From assembly GCA_001783335.1 (NCBI GenBank), contig MFLU01000015.1, forward strand, positions 1-56,887: a DNA stretch of 56,887 nt, read 5' to 3'. Positions 47,194 through 56,282 of this stretch are shown piece after piece (position 1 is the stretch's first letter; each line of letters begins with the position of its first letter). A model generated the notes under the pieces. It was not told where the DNA came from. It saw only the letters and a list, made by a program, of their open reading frames with translations, and ran no database searches. The stretch is from Candidatus Kaiserbacteria bacterium RIFCSPLOWO2_01_FULL_50_24. Lineage in GTDB: Bacteria > Patescibacteriota > Minisyncoccia > Phycocordibacterales > UBA2100. Position numbers and translations under genes: made by a program.

Positions 47194-48333
47194 ATGGGCG
47201 ATGTAATGATCAAAGGCTTGCAGGTAATCCTTACTCTCGGGGCAATCCTTCTCCTGCTCCTCGCCGTACTCGCGCTCCTTTCGCCAAAAATGCGCGAGAG
47301 CGTACGAAAAATCGTTCACACATATCTACAGCTCACGCGCTACACGCGAAACCCGATTCTTTTACCCCGCGGCGGGAGTTACTGGGAATCCGAGGCGGTA
47401 TTTAATCCGGCGGCTTTGTACGAAGACGGTCGCGTACACCTCCTCTATCGCGCCGTCGGTCCAGATGGTGTATCGCGCTTCGGTTACGCGTCAAGCGGGA
47501 ACGGTTTTAATTTCAACGAACGCCTGCCGCATCCGGTGTTCACCTCTATCGCACCGCGCTCCATCGCGCCATCAGAGAAAAAATACTCTCCGGTCCTCTA
47601 CCCTTCCGGCGGAAGCTGGGGCGGCGCCGAAGACCCGCGCATGGTCGTGATAGACGGTCGCGTGTATGTCACATTCAACGCATTTGACGGGTGGGATTAT
47701 CTCCGCGTCGGTGTCATGTCGCTTTCACTTGACGACTTTCTCGTAAAGCGATGGTGTTGGGACGGACCGATATTCGTTTCGCCTCCTGGAGAAATTCACA
47801 AAAATTGGGTCCTCTTTCCGGAAAAACTCCATGGGAAATTTGCTGTTCTTCACAGCATCACGCCTGAAGTGCAGATTGACTATGTCACAGATTTGAACGA
47901 CCTCGCGGACGGCACGCGCACAATTCGTAGCCGCTTTGAACAAAAGAAAAACAGGAACGGCTGGGATATGTATGTGCGAAGCGCGGGACCGCCGCCGATA
48001 AAAACCGAGTACGGATGGCTCGTGCTTTACCACGCAATGGAAAAAAATGAAACAAGCCGCTATAAACTCGGCGCCATGCTCTTAGACATCAACGAGCCAA
48101 CGCGCGTCTTGCATCGCGCCCAGGCACCTATCCTTGCACCCGATGCGTGGTATGAGAACGACTGGAAACCGGGCATCGTCTATTCCTGCGGCGCCATCGT
48201 AAAAGACAATGATCTTCTCGTGTACTACGGCGGCGGCGACAAAACCACGTGCGTTGCCCACGCGCCGCTTCAAGAATTCTTGCACGCGCTTGTGACAGAC
48301 GCCGCGCCTGCATTAAACTCTGAGCCACTGTAG
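47194..48333 (+). CDS. Membrane-anchored GH130 (DUF377) family glycoside phosphorylase/hydrolase-like protein
   Basis: N-terminal TM 'LQVILTLGAILLLLLAVLALL', 'NPILLPRGGSYWESEAVFNPAAL..GRVHLLYRAVG', 'GGAEDPRMVVIDGRVYVTFNAFDG'. Confidence 0.75.
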   Translation: MGDVMIKGLQVILTLGAILLLLLAVLALLSPKMRESVRKIVHTYLQLTRYTRNPILLPRGGSYWESEAVFNPAALYEDGRVHLLYRAVGPDGVSRFGYASSGNGFNFNERLPHPVFTSIAPRSIAPSEKKYSPVLYPSGGSWGGAEDPRMVVIDGRVYVTFNAFDGWDYLRVGVMSLSLDDFLVKRWCWDGPIFVSPPGEIHKNWVLFPEKLHGKFAVLHSITPEVQIDYVTDLNDLADGTRTIRSRFEQKKNRNGWDMYVRSAGPPPIKTEYGWLVLYHAMEKNETSRYKLGAMLLDINEPTRVLHRAQAPILAPDAWYENDWKPGIVYSCGAIVKDNDLLVYYGGGDKTTCVAHAPLQEFLHALVTDAAPALNSEPL

Positions 48334-48358
48334 TCGCGTTCGTGATATTGTAAGTAAC

Positions 48359-50326
48359 ATGTTTGTTGTCAGGCGCTCCCAACACAACCCCATTCTCTCG
48401 CCCACGCTTGAGCACGCGTGGGAAATGGCATCCACGAATCCGTGTGCCATTTTAAAAGATGGAAAAGTGCACTTGTTGTATCGCGCCATCGGACGGCCCG
48501 ATCCTATGCTTAGCCCGCCAACTGCCATTTCAACGATAGGACACGCGACATCCGAACACGGCGTGCACTTTGAAAATCGCAAACAGTTCGTAGCGCCCTC
48601 TGAAGAGTGGGACAAATACGGATGCGAAGACCCGCGCACCACCTTGTTTGAGGGAAAATACTACACCTTTTACACAGCCATTTCACAAATTCCGTTCCGC
48701 GCCTCCGGAATCAAAATAGGATGCGCGGTGTCGGACGATTTTGAGCGTGTTGTAGAAAAACACGCTGTAACCACCTTTAACTCAAAAGCGATGACGCTTT
48801 TCCCTGAACGCATCAACGGCAAGGTCGTTGCAGCACTTACCGCGCACCCCGATGAGCCGCCTCAAAAGTTTGCGATAGCAGAGGCAGACCGCGTAGAAGA
48901 TTTCTGGTGCGCCCCGTTGGCGGCTACACCTCTAACGGAGCGCACCGACTTCTGGGATGAATGGCATAAAAATATTGACGCGCACTCTCTGCCCATCACC
49001 CGCTCCGGAGACGACTTCGTAGAGGTCGGCGCGCCCCCCGTGAAAACGAAAGACGGGTGGCTTTTGATATATTCCTATATAAAGAATTATTTCCGTGGCG
49101 CGGAGCGCACGTTTAGTGTAGAAGCGCTCCTTTTGGATATGAGCGACCCGATGAAAATAATCGGGAGAACCAAGTGGCCCATCATGGTGCCGGAAGAGCC
49201 GTATGAATTGTTCGGCATGGTTTCCAATGTGATATTCCCCACCGGGGCGCTCGTGCGCGACAATCGGCTTGATATTTACTACGGCGCGGCCGACACCGTA
49301 TGCGCGCGCGCGTCGCTCTCCCTACCTCAACTTCTCGCATCCATACAGGAGGAAACCCGGAGCGTAATCACGCGGTACGAAAAGAACCCCATCATAACGC
49401 CGGAGCCCTCGCATTCGTGGGAATCCCGAAGCACCATGAACGCGGCCGCAATTGAAATAGACAGCTCAATATACATTCTCTATCGCGCGATGTCTGAAGA
49501 TAACACCTCCACCATCGGACTCGCGATTTCCGACAACGGATTCATAGTGAAAGAACGATTGCCGAATCCAATATACGAACCGCGCGCGGATTTTGAGCAG
49601 AAGCACGGGAGTAGCACGGGAAATTCCGGCTGTGAAGACCCGCGCATCGTGCGCCTCGGCGACACACTCTATATGACGTACACCGCCTATGATGGCGCGG
49701 CGCCACCGCGCGTCGCCATCACCTCCATCTCCGTCTCCGATTTTCTGACGCGAAAGTTTGACCGATGGAAAATGCCGGCACTTGCGACACCCGATAATGT
49801 GGACGACAAGGACGCATGCGTGGTGCCGAGTAGCAAAAGTGGCGAGTACTTTTTCTTTCATCGTGTCAACCGTCGCATCTGTGTTGACATCATTGACGAC
49901 CTCTCAATGAAAAAGCGAGTGAATCGTTGCATTGAGATCATGGGTCCGCGCCACGGAACGTGGGAAGAGGAGAAAATCGGCATCAACGGCGTGCCGATAA
50001 AAACGAAAGCGGGATTGCTCGTGTTCTATCACGGCATCGCGTCGGATCACCACTACCGCTGGGGCGCGGCACTTTTAGACCCGAATAATCCAAATATCAT
50101 TTTAGGACGCACCGCCGAGCCGATATTTGAGCCGGAAGAAAGATATGAGATAGAGGGCGAAGTGAAGAATGTTGTGTTTTCAAACGGCGAGGTTCTTCGC
50201 GGCGACACCATTTTCATCTACTACGGTGGCGGCGACAAGGTGCTCAATGTTGCCACATGCAGTTTAAAGCGCATACTGGAGATACTTTCTCCCGCATGCC
50301 TTGATGGACACCATGAAGCTCACTAA
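48359..50326 (+). CDS. Tandem double GH130 (DUF377) module protein
   Basis: Two copies of 'NPI[LI].P....WE......N..A......V/I.LLYRA' and 'CEDPR' (residues about 8-330 and 340-650). Confidence 0.75.
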   Translation: MFVVRRSQHNPILSPTLEHAWEMASTNPCAILKDGKVHLLYRAIGRPDPMLSPPTAISTIGHATSEHGVHFENRKQFVAPSEEWDKYGCEDPRTTLFEGKYYTFYTAISQIPFRASGIKIGCAVSDDFERVVEKHAVTTFNSKAMTLFPERINGKVVAALTAHPDEPPQKFAIAEADRVEDFWCAPLAATPLTERTDFWDEWHKNIDAHSLPITRSGDDFVEVGAPPVKTKDGWLLIYSYIKNYFRGAERTFSVEALLLDMSDPMKIIGRTKWPIMVPEEPYELFGMVSNVIFPTGALVRDNRLDIYYGAADTVCARASLSLPQLLASIQEETRSVITRYEKNPIITPEPSHSWESRSTMNAAAIEIDSSIYILYRAMSEDNTSTIGLAISDNGFIVKERLPNPIYEPRADFEQKHGSSTGNSGCEDPRIVRLGDTLYMTYTAYDGAAPPRVAITSISVSDFLTRKFDRWKMPALATPDNVDDKDACVVPSSKSGEYFFFHRVNRRICVDIIDDLSMKKRVNRCIEIMGPRHGTWEEEKIGINGVPIKTKAGLLVFYHGIASDHHYRWGAALLDPNNPNIILGRTAEPIFEPEERYEIEGEVKNVVFSNGEVLRGDTIFIYYGGGDKVLNVATCSLKRILEILSPACLDGHHEAH

Positions 50327-51086
50327 ATGCATACCAATCGTGTTGTTTGACATGGACGGCACGCTTACGCGAAGTCGCCAACCGATCGAACTTGAGATGG
50401 GGGAACTGTTCGCAGAACTCACACATAACACCACGGTCGGCATCATGTCTGGCGGAGGATTTGAACAATTTGAAAGGCAACTACTCTCACGCCTGCCCGA
50501 TTCAACCGACAAAAGCCGTTTATACATTTTTCCAGTCACGTCGGCACAATGTTATGTGTGGAAAGACGGAGTATGGGAAAGCGTCTACGATCTTGCGCTC
50601 ACAAAAGATGAGTACGAAAAAATTAAGAAGGCCATTGATGTCGCACTCTCAAAAACAAGTATGGTGGAGGGTGTCCCCATGTGGGGTGAGCGCCTTGAAA
50701 ACCGGGGAGCGCAAATCTCATTCGCGGCGCTTGGTGCCGAAGCGCCTATAGATGAAAAAGAAAAGTGGGATCCAAAAGGGTTGCGCCGAAAACCATTTCG
50801 CGACAGACTACGCACAGAACTCCCGGATTTTGAGATACACATTGGAGGCACAACGACGGTAGACATAACAAAAAAGGGTATTGACAAGGCCTATGGAGTA
50901 CGATGGCTTTCCAAGCACACGGGCGTACCTATAAAAGACATGCTTTTTGTTGGCGATGCTCTTCATGAGGGTGGAAATGATGCCGTTGTCATACCCACGG
51001 GCATAGAAACACGTCAAGTATCAGGGCCCAAAGAAACGGCGACGGTCATTGAGGAACTATGCGTTCTATGCAAGAAGACAATCTAG
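50301..51086 (+). CDS. Eukaryotic-type phosphomannomutase (HAD-IIB, PMM/Sec53-like)
   Basis: 'LFDMDGTLT', 'GIMSGGGFEQ', 'SFAALG', 'GGTTTVDITKKGIDKAYG', 'GDALHEGGND'. Confidence 0.8.
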   Translation: MMDTMKLTKCIPIVLFDMDGTLTRSRQPIELEMGELFAELTHNTTVGIMSGGGFEQFERQLLSRLPDSTDKSRLYIFPVTSAQCYVWKDGVWESVYDLALTKDEYEKIKKAIDVALSKTSMVEGVPMWGERLENRGAQISFAALGAEAPIDEKEKWDPKGLRRKPFRDRLRTELPDFEIHIGGTTTVDITKKGIDKAYGVRWLSKHTGVPIKDMLFVGDALHEGGNDAVVIPTGIETRQVSGPKETATVIEELCVLCKKTI

Positions 51087-51221
51087 GACACATAAAAGAC
51101 ACTTTCCGATTCCCTGCTTCCACACAAATATCCTATCGGACAGATTGTCCTTTAGAATATGCTTGTTTTAAGCCATATTAAACGGCTCGCACGCGAGTGA
51201 GCCGTTTCTGAAGCTATCGTT

Positions 51222-51623
51222 TTATCCTATTGAAAACGCCCCTGCCCCTATCCCCCACCTGTATGAGCTCTCCTTTGACTTCACAAGCTCATGTAAACCC
51301 AGCACCTTTCAGACACCACAGGGCGTTAAACCCTGTGGGTCTGAAATCCACATGCACCCTGCGCCAGAGAGCGCAGGGCATTATAAGGTGCTGGGTAAAT
51401 ACCTTTCGGCAGTTGGGTCGGAAACGCCAAGCAGAGTCTCAACGTCATTATTCGTAATCTCTCCCTTCTCGCGCGCAAACGCGAGAACACGTTCAACGTT
51501 TTGTTTTCTCTGTCTTGTGCGTGCTTCATTTACTTTCGGCATGCCACTTTGTTTTTTCCGCCCAAAGTACATACCGAGCGCCACACCAACAATTCCCGCT
51601 GCAATCAGATATAGGTACTCCAT
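51222..51623 (-). pseudogene. Small membrane-anchored wHTH protein interrupted near its 3' end by the 98-nt element (current ORF 51381..51623)
   Basis: TM 'LYLIAAGIVGVALGMYF' plus HTH 'ITNNDVETLLGVSDPTAERYL'. Removing 102 nt (element plus one TSD) restores '..RYLHELVKSKESSYRWGIGAGAFSIG*'. Confidence 0.55.
51297..51394 (+). mobile_element. Structured MITE-like insertion (copy B) with GTAA target-site duplication
   Basis: Closing stem 'cccagcacc/ggtgctggg', hairpin 'ttcagacaccacaggg-cgttaaa-ccctgtgggtctgaa', hairpin 'ccctgcgc-cagaga-gcgcaggg'. 'gtaa' is present at both 51293-51296 and 51395-51398. Confidence 0.7.
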
Positions 51624-51652
51624 ATGAACATATTATATCGTATACTTTCTAT

Positions 51653-53323
51653 ATGTCCCTACGAGATGAAATCGCGCCACTTATTCAGGGTGATGCGGTA
51701 GACGACGCGGAAACGCTCAAAAAGTACAGCCGCGATACGAGTATTTTTGAAGTGAGGCCCGAGGTGGTGGTCTTTCCGAAAAATGCACGGGACGTGTCGG
51801 TGATTGTCACATTTGTGCGTGCAGAAAAGGAAAAAGGGAGAGATATTTCGCTCACCCCACGCGCCGCCGGAACCGACATGAGCGGTGGCCCTCTGACACG
51901 CTCCGTATCTCTTGTTTTCACGAAATACATGAATGTGCTCGTTTCCGTTGATGCCGAGCATCTCGAAGCTACCGCCGAACCCGGCATGTATTATCACGAT
52001 TTTGAGCGAGAGACGCTTGAAAAAACCGGCGGGATCCTGCCTCCCTACCCCGCTTCGCGGGAGATATGCGCGCTAGGCGGCATGATTGCCGACAATGCCG
52101 GAGGCGAGCTGACATTGAAGTATGGAAAAATGGATAGGTATGTAAAGGAGCTTTCGGTTGTTCTTTCCGATGGTTCAGAAGCAACGTTTGCGCCTATATC
52201 AATGCAGGAACTTGCCGAAAAAAAACTGCTTCAAAATCTTGAGGGAGAAATATACAGAAACATTCACGCGCTCGCAGAGGCAAACAAGGAGGAAGTTGGG
52301 GCGGCACGACCGAGCGTATCAAAAAATTCCGCGGGGTACGCACTGTGGGATGTGGTGAATGAGAAAAACGGCACATTTGATATCACAAAACTTATTGTGG
52401 GTTCGCAAGGTACTCTCGGCATCATTACGAAAGCGCGCTTTGAATTGGTGCGCATGAAACCACACCGCGCAATGCTCGTCATTTTTCTCTCCGACCTCGC
52501 CATACTACCGGAAGTGGTGCGCCGAGTGCTGAAATTTGACCCGGAGGCGTTTGAATCATACGACGACCACACATTTACGCTCGCGGTCCGATTCGGCTGG
52601 CAGTTTTTGGAGCATCTCGGACTTTGGAAAGCGCTCGCGCTTGGTTTCGCATTCTTACCGGAAGTGTGGATGACGCTGACACACGGCGTGCCGAAGCTCG
52701 TACTCATTGCGGAGTTTTCCGAGGACTCGCTTGAGGCGGCGCGGCACAAGGCACGCGATGCGTACGCGGAAATCCGCGGCTTACCGGTAACTGCGCGGCT
52801 CGCATTTGGAAAAGCTGAATCGGAAAAATATTGGAAAATCCGCCGTGAAAGCTTCGCGCTGTTGCGCAAAAACATGAAGGGGCTCCACGCCGCACCTTTT
52901 GTAGACGATATTGTGGTACACCCGGAAGATTACCCGCGCTTTTTGCCGGAACTCTCCGAGCTTCTGTCGCATTATAATATTACCTACACCATCGCCGGAC
53001 ACATCGGAAATGGAAATTTCCATATAATTCCGCTCATTAATCTTTCGCGGTCGGAACACCGGAAGGCCGTGTTAGAGCTCACGCCGAGGATGTATGAACT
53101 GGTCGCAAAATACAAGGGTTCCATAACCGGCGAACACAACGATGGCATCATCCGCACGCCATACCTCTCGCTCATGTTTAGCCCAAAAATGCTGGTGCTT
53201 TTCGCCGAGGTGAAAAAAATATTTGACCCTCTCAACATCTTCAATCCGGGGAAAAAAGTGGGCGGCACATTTGAAGACATCAAACGCCTTATGATGCATC
53301 CCGCCGAATCTGAAACAACATGA
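51653..53323 (+). CDS. FAD-linked oxidase (GlcD / D-lactate dehydrogenase-like)
   Basis: FAD_binding_4-like 'VVFPKNARDVSVIVTF..PRAAGTDMSGG' and C-terminal 'GSITGEHNDGIIR'. Confidence 0.85.
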   Translation: MSLRDEIAPLIQGDAVDDAETLKKYSRDTSIFEVRPEVVVFPKNARDVSVIVTFVRAEKEKGRDISLTPRAAGTDMSGGPLTRSVSLVFTKYMNVLVSVDAEHLEATAEPGMYYHDFERETLEKTGGILPPYPASREICALGGMIADNAGGELTLKYGKMDRYVKELSVVLSDGSEATFAPISMQELAEKKLLQNLEGEIYRNIHALAEANKEEVGAARPSVSKNSAGYALWDVVNEKNGTFDITKLIVGSQGTLGIITKARFELVRMKPHRAMLVIFLSDLAILPEVVRRVLKFDPEAFESYDDHTFTLAVRFGWQFLEHLGLWKALALGFAFLPEVWMTLTHGVPKLVLIAEFSEDSLEAARHKARDAYAEIRGLPVTARLAFGKAESEKYWKIRRESFALLRKNMKGLHAAPFVDDIVVHPEDYPRFLPELSELLSHYNITYTIAGHIGNGNFHIIPLINLSRSEHRKAVLELTPRMYELVAKYKGSITGEHNDGIIRTPYLSLMFSPKMLVLFAEVKKIFDPLNIFNPGKKVGGTFEDIKRLMMHPAESETT

Positions 53324-53825
53324 GCACAATGAGAAACGCGAATACAGAGAATGACATGAGGGGGAATGTGATGTAGTCGAATTCAAAGAAGGTGCGTGCG
53401 GCGCAGTCCACGCCACCTTCCGCAACGCACGGCGAACTCGTAATCCACCCCATCTGGAGCGCATGATGATAGAACGAAACACCTGCACCGAGTACAGAGA
53501 GCGCGATACTGTAGAGCGCGATATTCGCATCGCGCCGCCATGCGGCAATGCCGAAAAGAACGATTTGCGGGTAGAGGAAAATCCTCCCCCACCAGCAGAG
53601 ATAACAGGGCAAAAAGCCCATCGCTTCATACCATTGCGCCGCAAACATCGCCGTGAACGCAACTAAAAACCCGAGCCACAGCCCCCACTGGCGCAAAAAT
53701 TGAAAAATAAACACATCCCACCACTTCGTGCCACCAATATGAAAAAACACCAGTAAGAGATCTAGCGTGATAACCTGAAGCCAGATTACCGCAATGGCAA
53801 ACCAGTAATGAGAAAACTCGAGCAT
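53289..53825 (-). CDS. DsbB/BdbC-type disulfide bond formation protein
   Basis: 'LPCYLCWWGRIFLYP' CxxC in a TM context, plus a second Cys pair 'SSPCVAEGGVDC'. Confidence 0.7.
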   Translation of the reverse strand: MLEFSHYWFAIAVIWLQVITLDLLLVFFHIGGTKWWDVFIFQFLRQWGLWLGFLVAFTAMFAAQWYEAMGFLPCYLCWWGRIFLYPQIVLFGIAAWRRDANIALYSIALSVLGAGVSFYHHALQMGWITSSPCVAEGGVDCAARTFFEFDYITFPLMSFSVFAFLIVLMLFQIRRDAS

Positions 53826-53828
53826 ACC

Positions 53829-54197
53829 TCAATTCTGCGGCAATATGCATCCGCTTTTTTCTGCCAAAACCGCGAGCGGCTGCACTCCCGTAAGGCGGCT
53901 CGCATCGGCAAACTCCCACGTTGGGTACTGCTCAATGCCCGCATCCTTACACACCGCAAGTTGTCCCTGACTGTCGGCCGTAGAACATTCCACATACGAC
54001 AAAAGCTCCGCCGAACGGCCAAACAACCTTTTTTGACTGGCGCAATTCGGACACCAAAACGCGCCATAGAACGTAACACTCTTTTCCGTGAGACACTGCG
54101 CAAAGCCATCAAGCGCACCTGGTTTTGATTTAACGTAAAAAGAAGCGGCGACGCCGAGGATAATGAGTAACGCAAGACCGATCCAAAAGTATTTCAT
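53829..54197 (-). CDS. Membrane-anchored thioredoxin-like oxidoreductase (WCPNC)
   Basis: 'FYGAFWCPNCASQKRLFG' resembles the Trx domain partnered with VKOR/DsbB. N-terminal TM segment. Confidence 0.7.
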   Translation of the reverse strand: MKYFWIGLALLIILGVAASFYVKSKPGALDGFAQCLTEKSVTFYGAFWCPNCASQKRLFGRSAELLSYVECSTADSQGQLAVCKDAGIEQYPTWEFADASRLTGVQPLAVLAEKSGCILPQN

Positions 54198-54202
54198 GCT
54201 GG

Positions 54203-54637
54203 TTATAGTACCATCTCTTCGGCCGTAACAAAAGCACGCATCCGACAACGAGCACACCGGCATCCAGCTGGCTTTATATATTCGTCAAAATACTCTTCTC
54301 CATAATCAATCGTGAGCTCCTCCCCTCTCGCAATATCCCTCTGCGTATGTACCAAAATCTTTCCCTTACTGATAGACGCTTCGCAATTTGGTGCACATGA
54401 GTGATTGATGTAACGAGCAAGGTTGGCGCGCGACGAGCCGTCAACCGTCCACTTGCGATCTATTTCAAACAGATACCGGCTCTTCATGGTGTCGGCACGC
54501 TTCGTCGGAACCTTCTTTCCGGTGTACTCAAGCACAAAGACCCCTTTTTTTATCCACTCCGTTGCAAAAAGCCCTTGTCCCACTTCCGGGTGGACCTTCT
54601 GAACAGCAAAGCGTGTTTGTAGAATGCTGCGTTTCAT
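54203..54637 (-). CDS. SET domain protein-lysine methyltransferase with post-SET Cys cluster
   Basis: 'GQGLFAT..FVLEYTG', 'ARYINHSCAPNC', 'EELTIDYG', 'CRCARC'. Confidence 0.85.
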   Translation of the reverse strand: MKRSILQTRFAVQKVHPEVGQGLFATEWIKKGVFVLEYTGKKVPTKRADTMKSRYLFEIDRKWTVDGSSRANLARYINHSCAPNCEASISKGKILVHTQRDIARGEELTIDYGEEYFDEYIKPAGCRCARCRMRAFVTAEEMVL

Positions 54638-54891
54638 GTTAGAGGTTCTTAACGAGTGACAACGAATTTAGAAACTCTTATCGTGTCTAGCGAGCGGCAT
54701 CGCGAAAACTTGTTTTCATGATCCGCGAGCGAAGACACGATATGCCTTTGGCATACACCCCGTGAAATCCTCGCCGAAGGCGAGGAGCCGCAAAGCGGCA
54801 TTTCGCTGGGGTCACGTGTGGTTAGCTCACTGCAATTCATATCAACACTCAAAAATAAAATATAGCGCGCAGTATACCATACCGCGTGTGA

Positions 54892-55925
54892 TTAGGAGAA
54901 TTCCAACATTTTCTGCCGTAGTTTCTTCGCATTCCCATGCCCCAGTAGCCCAACATACGACTGTACGATCTGGTTATCCTCTTCAAGCCCAGTAGCGCGC
55001 TTCAACATCCGTCGCTTTGTAGTCGTCCGCAGTACGCGGTGCCGCGGAAAGTGCACCCAGCCGAGAAAATCCACACCACTCGCGAATGTTTTGATAAACA
55101 CCTTATCCGGATGCAATTCAAGTTTCAGTTGTTCGTGCAAAAATATGGCGATACGCCGACGCATTGACTCGAGTAGTTGTTTGTCATGTGAGAGAACAAC
55201 AAAATCGTCTGCATAACGAATGTAGTATTTCGCTTTCAGTGTGTGTTTTGCGAATTGGTCAAACTCGTTCATGTAGACATTGACGAGCAGTTGCGAGGTA
55301 AGATTGCCGAGCGGGAGCCCTGTGCTTAATGTGCCAGAATTGAAACTTCCAACAATTCCCGCAATGAGCTGAAGCGTGCGCCTGTCGGAAATGTAGTGCC
55401 GAATAATACTCATGAGAATCGTGTGATCAATGGAAGCAAAAAACTTGCGGATATCGCACTTTAAGATATGACAAGTTTTTTTGTTGTTCCGTGACACTCT
55501 AAACGCAAACTGCCGGAAACGATTCATCGCCCTATGCGTGCCCTTCCCCTTCCTGCACGAATACGAGTCGGCAATGAACGTGCGATCAAAGAATGGGTAA
55601 AGTATGCGGTGGAGCGCGTGGTGTACCACACGGTCGCGCGCCATCGCCTTGTGGATATCGCGCGGTTTCGGATCGCTTATCCTGAAGTGCTTGTACGCGC
55701 CATGCTTGTATGTGCCCGCCGCGAGTTCGCGATGGAGCGCGAGAATGTTGTCCATAAGCCGATGCTGAAACTCCTGCACGTCATCTTTGCCGCGCTTTCC
55801 TCGCACGAATTCTTTCCACGCCGCGAGCAAGTTTTCAACAGAAATGATATCCTCGTATGTATGAGCGAGCAGAATTCTCTTAGAGTAACCCCCCCCCCCG
55901 ACGGAATTTGCCTGTTATAGAACAT
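54892..55925 (-). CDS. DGR reverse transcriptase, with ATG (55925) and RT body in different frames across a G11 tract
   Basis: 'LPLGNLTSQLLVNVY' (DGR hallmark [IL]GxxxSQ) and 'YIRYADDFVVL'. The body frame is open back to 55913 but has no ATG/GTG/TTG before the TTG at 55830, which cuts the conserved 'EDIISVENLLAAW' helix. Confidence 0.85.
55889..55899. repeat. C11 (G11 on the RT strand) homopolymer
   Basis: Counted directly: 'taaCCCCCCCCCCCgacgg'. It lies inside the RT 5' coding region and 9 nt upstream of the avd TTG. Confidence 0.95.
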
Positions 55926-56264
55926 ATCAAGAAACTATACCGCGCATGGCTGCCAATTCGTCGCAATATGCCACGCAGTGAGCGTTTCGGAATCGGCGGA
56001 AAGATTGATGTGCTTCTTCTCGATGTGGCAGAATTGTTGCGTTTCGCTTCATTCTCTCGCACGGATGAGAAAGTCCCGCTACTAGGCAGGGCCATTGTGA
56101 AAATAGATTCCCTACGGTTTTTTGTTCAGTTAGCGTGGGAGACCAAACTCATCCCAGATAAACAATTTGAAGAGCTTGCTATTCTTATTGAAGAGATCGG
56201 CCGTATGACGGGCGGCTGGCATAAAGGACTTCTATCGAAAGCCCCACTCAACAAAGAGCGTTGA
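55908..56264 (+). CDS. avd: DGR accessory variability determinant (Avd, four-helix-bundle protein)
   Basis: 'MPRSERFGIGGKID', 'LRFFVQLAWETKLI', 'IEEIGRMTGGWHKG' (Avd-type iGkmlGGW). TTG start, 118 aa. Confidence 0.75.
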   Translation: MPVIEHIKKLYRAWLPIRRNMPRSERFGIGGKIDVLLLDVAELLRFASFSRTDEKVPLLGRAIVKIDSLRFFVQLAWETKLIPDKQFEELAILIEEIGRMTGGWHKGLLSKAPLNKER

Positions 56265-56282
56265 GCGGGGAAAGCGTAGGGT

